64,000 nucleotides of DNA from Vulcanimicrobiota bacterium (GTDB lineage Bacteria; Vulcanimicrobiota; Vulcanimicrobiia; Vulcanimicrobiales; Vulcanimicrobiaceae). The DNA is taken from positions 416,001-480,000 of the forward strand of contig CAWHWQ010000001.1 in assembly GCA_963833095.1 (NCBI GenBank), read 5' to 3'. The stretch's first letter is position 1, and the number at the start of each line of letters is the position of its first letter. Below the pieces are notes generated by a model. That model worked only from the letters and a program-made list of their open reading frames with translations. It searched no databases and was not told the DNA's origin. Both the position numbers and the translations under genes were made by a program. Shown here in pieces: positions 20,081 through 29,849 of this stretch.

Positions 20081-21514
20081 ATGGAACACCTGTTGCAAAA
20101 ACGCACCAAGATCGTCGCCACCATCGGACCCGCGTCGCGCGATCCCGATGTCATGCGTTCGCTCTTCGTTTCGGGCGCAAATGTTCTGCGCTTGAATTTT
20201 TCGCACGGAACTCCAGCCGATCACGCCGAGGTCATCGCGACCGCGCGCCGCATTGCGACAGAGCTCGATATTCAGATCGCGATTTTGCAAGATCTCCCCG
20301 GTCCCAAAGTCCGCACGGGAAAGCTGAGGGACGACCTGCCGACCGTGCGCCTGGAGCGCGGCAATCGATTCGTGCTTACCACCGATGAGATACCGGGCGA
20401 CGATACCCGAATCAGCGTGCAATATAAGAATCTCCCACGCGACGTCGCGGTGGGAAATCGCATTTATCTCCAAGATGGCCAGATCACGCTGCGCATCACG
20501 GGCAAGACCGAGACTGAGATCGATACGACGATCGAATTCGGGGGCGACCTGCGCTCGACACAGGGCATCAACTATCCCGACGGCACGCTGGACATCCCAT
20601 CGGTCACCGATCGCGATTTCGAATTCCTGGCCTTCGGAATCGAACAACGCGTCGATTACGTCGCGGTTTCATTCGTTCGTTCGGCTGACGATATCGCACG
20701 CGTCAAGGACTTCATGGCGGAGCGCAGCCACATGATTCCCGTGATCGCGAAGATCGAGAAACACGAAGCCCTCGAGGACCTCGACAACATCATCGATGCT
20801 GCCGACGGTGTCATGGTCGCACGCGGAGACCTCGGCATCGAGATTCCGCTCGAGCAAGTGCCGCTGGTGCAAAAGGCAATGATCGCCAAATGCAATCGTG
20901 CGAGTAAGCCCGTCATTACGGCCACGCAGATGCTCGAGTCGATGACGTTCAGTTCAAAGCCGACGCGCGCAGAGGTGGCCGACGTTGCCAATGCCATCCT
21001 CGACGGGACCGACGCGGTGATGCTCTCGGGCGAGACTGCCCGCGGACAGTTCCCGACCGAGTCGGTGCGCACGATGGCCGAGATCGCGCGCGAAGTGGAG
21101 AAGAATTACCCACACGTGACGTTGCGCGAGCGGCGTCTCGCGGGCATGAGCCCGACGGTAGCCACCTCGATAGCAGAAGCTGCGACGCGTGCCGCCGACG
21201 AGCTGTTCATCCCGTTTATCGCAACCGGCACGACCACCGGGAACACCGCGCACCATATCGCGGCGTTTCGCCCGCGCGCGCGAATCATTGCGCTCACACC
21301 TTCGCCCGAAGTCGCGCGACGACTGGCGCTGCTCTGGGGCACGGAAGCGCTACTGATCGAGCGCTATAGTTCGTTCGACGTGTTGCTCTTCATGACCGAA
21401 CAACGGATGACGCAGGCCGGCATCGTGCGCTCGAAGGACTTGATCGCGTTCACGACCGGTATGCCGGTCGGCTCCGGCGGCACCAACCTTCTCAAGATCC
21501 ATGAAATCCCCTAA
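20081..21514 (+). CDS. pyk: Pyruvate kinase
   Basis: TKIVATIGPAS, RLNFSHG, IAKIE, MVARGDLG, ATQMLESM, DAVMLSGET. Confidence 0.97.
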   Translation: MEHLLQKRTKIVATIGPASRDPDVMRSLFVSGANVLRLNFSHGTPADHAEVIATARRIATELDIQIAILQDLPGPKVRTGKLRDDLPTVRLERGNRFVLTTDEIPGDDTRISVQYKNLPRDVAVGNRIYLQDGQITLRITGKTETEIDTTIEFGGDLRSTQGINYPDGTLDIPSVTDRDFEFLAFGIEQRVDYVAVSFVRSADDIARVKDFMAERSHMIPVIAKIEKHEALEDLDNIIDAADGVMVARGDLGIEIPLEQVPLVQKAMIAKCNRASKPVITATQMLESMTFSSKPTRAEVADVANAILDGTDAVMLSGETARGQFPTESVRTMAEIAREVEKNYPHVTLRERRLAGMSPTVATSIAEAATRAADELFIPFIATGTTTGNTAHHIAAFRPRARIIALTPSPEVARRLALLWGTEALLIERYSSFDVLLFMTEQRMTQAGIVRSKDLIAFTTGMPVGSGGTNLLKIHEIP

Positions 21515-22955
21515 ACGCTCGCACTTTCTTGCCGGACTCGCCGGTGCGGCGGCGCTGCCATACGTCGAGTGGGTTCGCCCGGCGTTGGCACAAAGTCCGC
21601 CGGCTAAGCTCTCGGACATCGAGCACTTCGTGATCTTGATGCAAGAAAATCGCTCGTTCGATCACTATTTCGGCACGCTTTCCGGCGTTCGCGGCTATAG
21701 CGACCCGGGCGCCGGAATCTTGCTGAACGGCAATACAGTGTTCCACCAGCCCGACGGCGAGAGTCGCGACGGCTACGTCTTGCCGTTTCACCTCGACACA
21801 AAGACTACCAACGCGCAGCGATTACACGACCTTAGTCACTCGTGGAACGCGCTGCACGCCTCGTGGAACCGCGGCCGTCTCGACGGTTTCGTCAGCGCGC
21901 ACCGCGCCACCGACGACGGAAGCGGACCCCTCACAATGGGTTACTATACGCGCGACGACCTGCCGTTTTACTACGCGCTTGCGGATGCGTTTACGATCTG
22001 CGATGGCTACCACTGTTCAATGATGGGTCCGACGTATCCAAACCGGTACTACTGGATGAGCGCGATCGATCGATCCCGATGGCATGCACGGCGGACCGGC
22101 GCTCAATAACAGGACGACGCGGTTGACCTGGGAGACGTATCCGGAACGCCTGCAGCGCGCCGGCGTTTCGTGGCGCATCTACCACGAATCACCCGAACCC
22201 GGCTTTCCGATCGGTCTGAACACATTATGAACTTCGCCGCGTTTCAGGATGCGCAATCACGGCCGACGTCACCGCTCTACGAATATGCGGTGAAAACCCG
22301 AGCGGTCGACGCGTTGCTCGACGATATGCGCACCGGCAACCTTCCGCAGGTGAGCTGGGTCGTGCCGCCCTACGCGATGTGCGACCATCCCGACCAACTG
22401 CCCGCAGCCGGCGAGAACTACGCGCGCCAAATCGTTGCAGCGCTCATGTCGAGTCCAGTGACCTGGGCAAAGACGGCGTTCATCATCGTCTACGACGAGA
22501 ACGACGGCCTCTTCGATCACGTCTTGCCGCCGACGCCGCCGCCCGGTACCCCCGACGAGTACGTCAATGGAGCGCCGATCGGTTTGGGCTTTCGCGTGCC
22601 CGCGTTGATCGTCTCGCCGTTTACTCGCGGCGGCTACGTCTGCGGCGACACCTTCGATCACACGTCGACGCTGCGACTGCTCGAATCGCGCTTCGGCGTC
22701 GAGGTCCCAAATTTGTCCGCGTGGCGACGCAACACCTGCGGCGACATGACCAGGGCGTTCGGCTTCGGGATGCCGGCCGATACCAGTGTTCCGGCATTGC
22801 CGCAGACGGCGCAAGCGCTGCTCGCGGTTGAGAAGGAGATCCTTACCCTACCACGGCCATCAGCGCCGGCGATTCAAACGATGCCGCAACAAGAGCCGGG
22901 CACGCGCAAACGCCGCGATGTCAAGGTCGCTTTCACCTTCTCATCCCGAGCGTAG
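21501..22955 (+). CDS. Phosphoesterase-family phospholipase C, probably exported (frameshifted near 22070-22200)
   Basis: IEHFVILMQENRSFDHYFG, GPTYPNR, YDENDGLFDHV, GLGFRVP, FDHTS; KRSHFL Tat-like leader. Confidence 0.88.
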
Positions 22956-23135
22956 CGAAGCGTAGTCGAGGGATCGCCTCACGTTCTTGACTTCGACATT
23001 CGGCCTCACTAAGCGCCTCGCGTCTCGCACAAGAGCTACATTGTCAGGGTGCTCGCCACCTAACGCAAGAGGCGGATGCAAAAGGTCCTACCGTCCCTCG
23101 ACTGCGGCGCTACGCGCCTACGCTCGGGATGACAA
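22941..23135 (-). repeat. REP-like palindrome containing family A copy 3 (inverted)
   Basis: TCATCCCGAGCGTAG...CTACGCTCGGGATGACA arms; core is the reverse complement of 9423-9479. Confidence 0.85.
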
Positions 23136-23140
23136 AGTCG

Positions 23141-24169
23141 CTACGACAAGAGCTCGAGCGGCGAGGCGGCTTCGGCGACGCGCAGTTGATCCATCGTGCA
23201 CGCTTTCGGCTTTTTGTCGGGACGCCAGCGCAGAATTTTCGTGCCGTGTCGGAAGCGATCGCCGGTGACGTGATCGTAGCGCACCTCGACAACGAGCTTT
23301 GGCGCGAGTGGATACCACGGCTCCTCGGTTTGTTTCCAACGGCTGGGCCCGCCGGGCGCCGAACCGGTAAATCCTGGCGGCTTCTCGAGCGGTTGCACCT
23401 TCTTCAAAAGCGGTCCACGCTCGCTATCGCGGAAGCCGGAAGTGAATCCCACATGGTTGAGTTTGCCGGCGTCATCGTACAGTCCAAGCAACAGCGATCC
23501 AACGCCATTGCCCTGCTTGTTGAGCCGGTAGCCTCCGACGACGCAATCCGCCGTGCGGAGATGTTTGATCTTGACGCCGCCTTGGCGCGAGCCTGACGCG
23601 TAAGGAAGGTCACGCCGTTTAGCAATCACACCGTCGAGGGCGTTCCCGACACGCTGGTACCAGGCGTCGACGGTGGCACGATCTGTCGTGAATGGTGAGA
23701 GTGCGATCTCGCTCTTGGCGAAATATTTTCTCGCGAACGCATCGAGCGCTTTGCGTCGCTCATCGAGCGGCTTTTCTGTTAGGTTCTTGCCGCTCGCATC
23801 GACAAGCAGGTCGAACACGACATATCGCGCCGGTGTCTCCTGCGCGAGGCGCTTCACCCGAGTCCCCGCCGGATGTATGCGTTGTAAGAGGGCGTCGAAC
23901 GAGAGTTCATCGCCGACCTGAACCAGCAGCTCGCCGTCGAGCACGCACTGCTCGACCGTAAGCGCGCGCACGGCCTCAACGATCTCGGGAAAATATCGCG
24001 CGAGCGGCTGTCCGGCTTTCGATTGAAGATGGACGGTGTCGCCATCGCGGAACGCCATGCAACGGAAGCCGTCCCACTTCGGCTCGTACTGCCACTGCGG
24101 TCCTTGGGGAATCGTTTCGACTTGCACCAATTCCATCGGCTCGAAGTCTACATCGATCGGGAGCGTCAT
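23141..24169 (-). CDS. ligC: ATP-dependent DNA ligase, LigC type
   Basis: YEPKWDGFR, LDGEL, FDLL, GSLLLGLYD, GPSRW, EVRYDH, RFRHG, RWRPDK. Confidence 0.88.
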   Translation of the reverse strand: MTLPIDVDFEPMELVQVETIPQGPQWQYEPKWDGFRCMAFRDGDTVHLQSKAGQPLARYFPEIVEAVRALTVEQCVLDGELLVQVGDELSFDALLQRIHPAGTRVKRLAQETPARYVVFDLLVDASGKNLTEKPLDERRKALDAFARKYFAKSEIALSPFTTDRATVDAWYQRVGNALDGVIAKRRDLPYASGSRQGGVKIKHLRTADCVVGGYRLNKQGNGVGSLLLGLYDDAGKLNHVGFTSGFRDSERGPLLKKVQPLEKPPGFTGSAPGGPSRWKQTEEPWYPLAPKLVVEVRYDHVTGDRFRHGTKILRWRPDKKPKACTMDQLRVAEAASPLELLS

Positions 24170-25083
24170 CCCAGTAGCGACGCCAAATTGAAGCGGCCTT
24201 TTTTGGCGACCATCGGCTTCCACAAGTCACCGACCAACGCGATTCGCGCGCGCACGTTGTCGACGCGAAAGTCGTCGATCTCAATGCCTGCTTCTACCTC
24301 GTCCCAGGTTACGGGCGTCGAGACGCTTGCCCGTGGCGCCGGCCGCACCGAGTAGACGCTCGCGAGCGTCGCGCCCCAACGATTCTGATTGTAGTCGACC
24401 AATACGCGGTCTTTCGGGCGCTTATCCTTGTGATAGGCGACCGTTGTGAGCTCTTTGGTGTGCTGGGCGAGCGCGTGCGCAAACTCTTTTGCGAACGTCC
24501 AGACTTCTTTTTGGGTGGGACCCCGTACGATTGGGACGTACACGTGCATCCCTTTGGATCCGGTCGTCTTCGCGTAACTCGGCATACCCAGGGCCAGCAG
24601 CCCGTCGCGCACCAGGAGCGCAACCTCCCGCACCATTCCAAAGGTCGATTCACCCGGATCGAGATCGAAGTGCACGTAGTCAGGACGGTCCACATCGTCG
24701 CAACGGGCATACCACTGATTGAGATCGATGCAGCCGAGGTTGATGACCCACATCAGCGCGGCCAGATCGTCGATCATCGGGAAGTCGATCACGTTGCCCG
24801 AGTCGTGCTCGATCCGGCAGGTGCGCAGCCACTCCGGGTGCGGTTGCGGCGTACGCTTCATGAAAAAGAAGTCGCCGTCGGCACCATGCGGATAGCGCTT
24901 CATCACCATCGCCCGCTCGGCAATGTGCGGCAGCAGCACGTCCGCGACATCCGCGTAGTACTGCAAGAGGTCGCCTTTGGTCAAACCGATCGCCGGAAAA
25001 AACACCTTGTTCACGTTTGTAACCGGAACCCGCTTGCGCCCGATCGAAAGCGTGACATTTGCCGCCTCGCGCGGAATCGTCAT
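24166..25083 (-). CDS. Stand-alone LigD-type primase-polymerase (AEP)
   Basis: TKGDLLQYY, KRYPHG, FFMK, FDLDP, KTTGSKGMHVYVP, DYNQN, YSVR. Confidence 0.9.
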   Translation of the reverse strand: MTIPREAANVTLSIGRKRVPVTNVNKVFFPAIGLTKGDLLQYYADVADVLLPHIAERAMVMKRYPHGADGDFFFMKRTPQPHPEWLRTCRIEHDSGNVIDFPMIDDLAALMWVINLGCIDLNQWYARCDDVDRPDYVHFDLDPGESTFGMVREVALLVRDGLLALGMPSYAKTTGSKGMHVYVPIVRGPTQKEVWTFAKEFAHALAQHTKELTTVAYHKDKRPKDRVLVDYNQNRWGATLASVYSVRPAPRASVSTPVTWDEVEAGIEIDDFRVDNVRARIALVGDLWKPMVAKKGRFNLASLLG

Positions 25084-26711
25084 CGCGCGCGCAACAACAT
25101 CCGGGCGTGTTCGAGCGCGATGTCGTGGGATTCGCCCGAGAGCATGCGCGCCAGTTCCGCCGCGCGAGCCTCTTCGCCGGAAATCTCGCGCACCGAGATT
25201 GCGGTCGCGCCCGCCTTCTCGTGCTTTTCGAGGACGTAGTGCCGATCCGACCAGGTTGCGAGTTGCGCGAGGTGGGTGACGCAGACTACCTGCGCTTCGC
25301 GCGCGAGCCGGCCGATACGCGCTCCAACCGCGGTGGCGGTCGCACCGCCGATGCCGGTGTCGATCTCGTCGAAGATCAGCGCCGTGCGATCGCGCGCCCC
25401 GGCGAGCACCACGACGAGCGCGAGCAGTACCCGCGAGAGTTCTCCGCCCGAGGCGACCCGCGCGAGCGGACGCAGCGGCTCACCCTTGTTGGCTGCAAAC
25501 ACGAACTCGATCGGCTCAAACGATACGTCGAAGCGGGCTGACGAGAGCGCAAGCGCGCCGAGCTCCTCGCGCATCGCCGCTTTGAGCCGCACGGCCACCC
25601 CCTCGCGAATCGTGCGCAGGCGCGCTTCATTGGCGGCGAGACCGGCCTCGGCTTCGCGCAGCGCTGTGGCGAGCTGCGCCGTTCGCTCGTCACGCGTTTC
25701 GAAGGCCTCGACGATCGCTCGCACCTGTTGCTCGCTCGCCAGTACCGCTTGGATCGTGCCGCCGTGCTTGCGTTTGAGACGATCGAGCAGATCGAGCCGC
25801 GCGTTGATCGACTCCAGCTCGGCCGAATCGAATTCGGTCGCGTCGAGCTGGCGCGCAATCTGCGTCGCCAGTTCGCTGGTATCGCTCTGCAGCGCAGCGG
25901 CAGTATCAGCCATGGCGCGCAAGTCGGCCGAGATATCGCCGATCCCGTGCAGCGCTACGCTCGCTATTCCGAGCGCCCCCGTAGCGCTCTCTCCGTCGCC
26001 GCCGAGCGCATCATGCGCGGTGCGCAGCGCGGCGGCAATTCGCTCGACATTGTCAAGGTAGCGCCGTCGCTCCGCGAGGCGCTCGTCCTCGCCGATCTCC
26101 GGCGCGACACCTACGATCTCGTCGAGAGCAAATCGCGCATCATCGTAGCGCTCCTGGGCGCGGCGTTCATCTCCACTGAGCGCGCGGAGATCCTCCGCGC
26201 ACGCGCGTACCCGAACACGCGCGGAAGCAACGATGTTGCGCGCCTCGATTGCCGCAGTCCCGGCGAAGCGATCGAGCAGTTCGACGTGATAGGCCGGCAA
26301 AAGCAGCCGCTGCGCATCATGTTGACCCACGATCTCCGCGACTTGCGTACCGATCTCGCGCACGTAACTCGCCGTCGCAATGCGTCCGTTGACGCGCATG
26401 CTCGACTTTCCCGCGTCGTTCATCTCTCGCACGAACGTCGCGTCCTCGCCCGGATCGAGCTCGAAGCCGTCGGCGACCAGACGTTCGCGCACGGCAACGC
26501 TTGGCTCGAAACTGAGCGTTACCGTTGCACGAGTCGCACCGCTCCGCACCACCTCGGCACTGGCACGCTCTCCGAGCGCAAAGTCAAGGGCCCCGAGAAT
26601 CATCGTCTTGCCCGAGCCGGTTTCGCCGGTAAAGATCGTCGCGCCCGGGCTGAACTCGATCGCACCGCGAGCGATCAAGCCGAAGTTCTCGATCTCCAGG
26701 CGCGTCAACAT
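25080..26711 (-). CDS. recN: DNA repair protein RecN
   Basis: TGETGSGKT, ASGGELSR, IFDEIDTGIGG, VTHLAQLA, ELARMLSG. Confidence 0.96.
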   Translation of the reverse strand: MLTRLEIENFGLIARGAIEFSPGATIFTGETGSGKTMILGALDFALGERASAEVVRSGATRATVTLSFEPSVAVRERLVADGFELDPGEDATFVREMNDAGKSSMRVNGRIATASYVREIGTQVAEIVGQHDAQRLLLPAYHVELLDRFAGTAAIEARNIVASARVRVRACAEDLRALSGDERRAQERYDDARFALDEIVGVAPEIGEDERLAERRRYLDNVERIAAALRTAHDALGGDGESATGALGIASVALHGIGDISADLRAMADTAAALQSDTSELATQIARQLDATEFDSAELESINARLDLLDRLKRKHGGTIQAVLASEQQVRAIVEAFETRDERTAQLATALREAEAGLAANEARLRTIREGVAVRLKAAMREELGALALSSARFDVSFEPIEFVFAANKGEPLRPLARVASGGELSRVLLALVVVLAGARDRTALIFDEIDTGIGGATATAVGARIGRLAREAQVVCVTHLAQLATWSDRHYVLEKHEKAGATAISVREISGEEARAAELARMLSGESHDIALEHARMLLRAR

Positions 26712-26720
26712 CGCTGGACC

Positions 26721-27596
26721 TTACCGCGTAACGGCCCGAATGGAAACGCCCCAACGCATCTTTTCTTCCAGACGCTCGAAGAAGCGCAGCGGCGAAAGGC
26801 GCGCGAACTGCACGTTTTTGGGATGCCGGCGCACGTTGACGACGGTGTTCGGGCCGATTTCGGCGAGGACATCGCCGTCGCACTCCAGGTGCGCGTGCGC
26901 GACGTCCGAGTCGCAGCCGACGCCGATCTCCGAAGTCGTCGGTACAATCAGCGGCCGCGAGAACAGCGTGTGCGGAAGCAAGGGTACGATGCCGAACGCA
27001 TCGACGCGCGGCGAGATGATCGAACCGCCGGCGGAGAGGAAATAGGCCGTCGACCCAGTTGCGGTCGCAATGCAAATGCCGTCGGCCGGGATGTCGGCGA
27101 TGTGCTCGTTATCCAGGCTCAAACCAAAGGGCACAATGCGTGACACGTCGCCCTTGCGCACCACCACGTCGTTGAGCGCAAAGTAGGTCCGCTCGCCGTA
27201 CTCCGCTTCGAGCGTCGAGCGCTCTTCAATCAGGAGACCTTCATCGACCAGGGTCGGCAGCTGCGCGATGCGCGGATCGCCGTCGTCGAGCTCGGTCAAA
27301 AAGCCGAGCCGCCCGGTGTTGATGCCCAAAAGCGGCACACCAATCTCCGTCGCGACGCGCGCCGCGCGAAGTAGCGTCCCGTCACCGCCTACCGTGATGA
27401 ACAGCGCGGCGTCTTCCGCGCGCGCGCCGTTGGTCGCGAGCTCAGCAACACCTTGCTGCCCCTTCCACGTCGCAATCTCGTAGCCGTGCGTGCGAAAACT
27501 CGACGCGATTTCGTGCGCGAGCGCGCGCGCGCTATCGCGCACCACATCGACGTAAAGCGCGATGAGTTTGCGACCGACGGCAAGACGAGTGAGCAT
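26721..27596 (-). CDS. nadK: NAD kinase
   Basis: GGDGTLL, GRLGFL, ALND, TGSTAY, SAGG. Confidence 0.95.
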   Translation of the reverse strand: MLTRLAVGRKLIALYVDVVRDSARALAHEIASSFRTHGYEIATWKGQQGVAELATNGARAEDAALFITVGGDGTLLRAARVATEIGVPLLGINTGRLGFLTELDDGDPRIAQLPTLVDEGLLIEERSTLEAEYGERTYFALNDVVVRKGDVSRIVPFGLSLDNEHIADIPADGICIATATGSTAYFLSAGGSIISPRVDAFGIVPLLPHTLFSRPLIVPTTSEIGVGCDSDVAHAHLECDGDVLAEIGPNTVVNVRRHPKNVQFARLSPLRFFERLEEKMRWGVSIRAVTR

Positions 27597-27598
27597 CG

Positions 27599-28369
27599 CT
27601 AGGGGCCTTCGCCGACGACGCCGTCTATCCGCTCGTCATCTATCGGGGCTGCGCCATGCCGCATTTCGGCCAAAAATTCGCGGTTGCCCGCCGGTCCCAG
27701 CAGCGGCGATGCGACCAGTTCGGCGATCGGTATATCGAGGGCGGTGGCCGCGTCGCGCACCTCGCGCAGCACCGCGCGGTGGACGGCAGGATCGCGCACC
27801 ACGCCGCCACCTCCTAAGCGTTCACGCCCGGCTTCGAACTGCGGTTTAACGAGCGCGACGATGCGCCCCGATGGCGCAAGATATCCGACGGCTCGCGCCA
27901 GGATGGTGCGCAGCGAAATGAACGACGTATCAATGACGATCAAGTTGAACGGCGCCGCAAACGCATCGTCCGGCAAACGGCGAAAGTTCGTGCGTTCCAT
28001 CACCGTCACTCGCGGATCGTTACGCAGCCGCCAATCGAGTTGACCGTATCCGACGTCGACGGCCGTGACGTGATTCGCACCACGCTGTAAGAGGCAGTCA
28101 GTGAAGCCGCCGGTCGAGGCGCCGACGTCGAGCGCATCCGTACCGCGTACGTCGAGGCCGAAAGCATCGAGCGCTCTTTCGAGTTTTTCGCCACCTCGGC
28201 TCACGAAACGCCGCGGGGCTTCGACGGTAATCTCGGCGTCATCGCGGACGCGCTGGCCTGCCTTGCCGGCGGGCTCGCCGCCGATGCGAACGCGCCCTTC
28301 CATGATCAAGCTCCGAGCCTGCGAGCGCGTTACACCCGCGCGCGCCGCCACCGCTTCATCGAGCCGCAT
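27599..28369 (-). CDS. tlyA: TlyA family rRNA 2'-O-methyltransferase
   Basis: S4 domain, FVSRGGEKL, DVGASTGGFTD, SFISL, KPQFE, GNREF. Confidence 0.95.
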   Translation of the reverse strand: MRLDEAVAARAGVTRSQARSLIMEGRVRIGGEPAGKAGQRVRDDAEITVEAPRRFVSRGGEKLERALDAFGLDVRGTDALDVGASTGGFTDCLLQRGANHVTAVDVGYGQLDWRLRNDPRVTVMERTNFRRLPDDAFAAPFNLIVIDTSFISLRTILARAVGYLAPSGRIVALVKPQFEAGRERLGGGGVVRDPAVHRAVLREVRDAATALDIPIAELVASPLLGPAGNREFLAEMRHGAAPIDDERIDGVVGEGP

Positions 28370-28576
28370 TCATCCAGAGCTGGTCGAAGGGCCCATTGCC
28401 GCGTCGATTTGTTCCTGCGAGCTCTTCAAGAGCGCCTCGCACTGGGCCACCAGCGTCTTGCCTTCTTTGAACAGTTCGATCGCGCGGTCGAGTTGGACGC
28501 CCGACTCGAGCTCGCGTACGATCGCGTCGATACGCTCGAGTTTTTCTTCAAATTTCAGCGGCCCTTCGCTACTCAT
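28370..28576 (-). CDS. xseB: Exodeoxyribonuclease VII small subunit
   Basis: FEEKLERIDAIVRELESG; follows xseA. Confidence 0.9.
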   Translation of the reverse strand: MSSEGPLKFEEKLERIDAIVRELESGVQLDRAIELFKEGKTLVAQCEALLKSSQEQIDAAMGPSTSSG

Positions 28577-29849
28577 CACGCACCGTTTCGACGCGAGCAT
28601 CGAGCGTTCCGTGCCCAAGACGCGCGACTATTCCGTCCCCGACCGCGACGTCACGCGTGGAACGCACCAGCGAGCCATCTCGGAAGATCAATGCGTAACC
28701 ACGCGCTAGCGGCTGTTCCGGGTCGAGCGCCGCGAGCTTCCCGGCCACGTCCTGCAGGCGGCTGCGACGGAGCGAAACGTACCGCTGCCACATCGCCGGC
28801 AAACGCTCGCGCGCAACCGCGAGCCGCGTCGCGCGTTGCGCGACCCGCGCGGCGGGACTCTGGGCGTTTAGACGACGTTCGAGTTCGAGGAAACGTTCGC
28901 GTTGGCGGCCGAAGGCGCGGCTCAGGCCGCTCGCGAGCCGCTGCGCCAGCAAATCCCGGCTTTGCGCCGCGTTTAGCATGTAACGCCTAATACGTTCGTC
29001 TAGGCGCACCTCCAGGTTGCGGAGACGGTTGATTGCCTCCACCCAACCCCGAGCAACACGGTCCGCTGCAGCTGATGGCGTCTCAACGGAAACGTCGGCT
29101 GCGAAATCAGCAATGCTGCGATCGCGCGTGTGCCCAAGCGCCGTGATAATTGGAATCTTTGCGCGAAAGATTCTACGCGCCAACGACTCCGTGTTGAACG
29201 GCTGGAAATCTTCAAACGAGCCCCCGCCACGCGTTATCACGACGAGATCGAATCCCGCGCGTTCTGCCTCGTCGATGCGTTCGAATATCTCAAGCTCGGC
29301 GCCCTTCCCTCCTACGCGACTTTGGAAAAATTTCACCGACACGTATGGCGCCTTCTGTTTGAGAATCGTTTCGAAGTCCAGGGCCGCATCTCGTTTTGCG
29401 GAGATCAAAGCGACACGACGGGGAAATTGCGGCAGCGGACGTTTGCGCTCATTCGCAAAAAGTCCGTCCTCGCGCAGCTTCTTGACGAGCGCTTGATACT
29501 CGGCGTATAACTCTCCCTCACCGGTTATCGAAAGCGTCCTAGCAAGCAACTGATATGAGCTGCGTTGCTTGCGAATCTCAATAGATCCCCGGGCGACAAC
29601 CGCCGATCCGTCTTCGACGGGTGGAAAGCGTCGCGCGTCGCTCCCGAACGCATAGCATTCCAAAAGCGCGCGATCATCTTTGATTTTGAAATAGACCGAT
29701 CCGTCGCTTTGCAGTTTCCACTCGGAGATCTCGCCGCGAAGCGCGATGTTCGCAAGCTTCGGTCGGCTTTTGATTAATCTCTCAAGGTTCTCTGCGAAAT
29801 CCCCGACGGTGAACTCTAAGGCCGCTTCAGCGTCCGCCTCGCCATTCAT
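28569..29849 (-). CDS. xseA: Exodeoxyribonuclease VII large subunit
   Basis: GEIS, YFKIKD, RGGGSFED, GHTRD, TPSAAA, LARGYA. Confidence 0.93.
   Translation of the reverse strand: MNGEADAEAALEFTVGDFAENLERLIKSRPKLANIALRGEISEWKLQSDGSVYFKIKDDRALLECYAFGSDARRFPPVEDGSAVVARGSIEIRKQRSSYQLLARTLSITGEGELYAEYQALVKKLREDGLFANERKRPLPQFPRRVALISAKRDAALDFETILKQKAPYVSVKFFQSRVGGKGAELEIFERIDEAERAGFDLVVITRGGGSFEDFQPFNTESLARRIFRAKIPIITALGHTRDRSIADFAADVSVETPSAAADRVARGWVEAINRLRNLEVRLDERIRRYMLNAAQSRDLLAQRLASGLSRAFGRQRERFLELERRLNAQSPAARVAQRATRLAVARERLPAMWQRYVSLRRSRLQDVAGKLAALDPEQPLARGYALIFRDGSLVRSTRDVAVGDGIVARLGHGTLDARVETVRDE

Noticed and set aside
13874..27143. Long antisense and alternate-frame ORFs (e.g. 16211-17542 +, 25728-27143 +)
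   Set aside because: Shadows of well-supported genes in GC-rich DNA, with no motifs of their own
28980..29820. Seemingly AT-richer, divergent middle of xseA as a foreign insert
   Set aside because: ORF and catalytic motifs are intact, there are no boundaries or mobility signals, and the composition was not quantified
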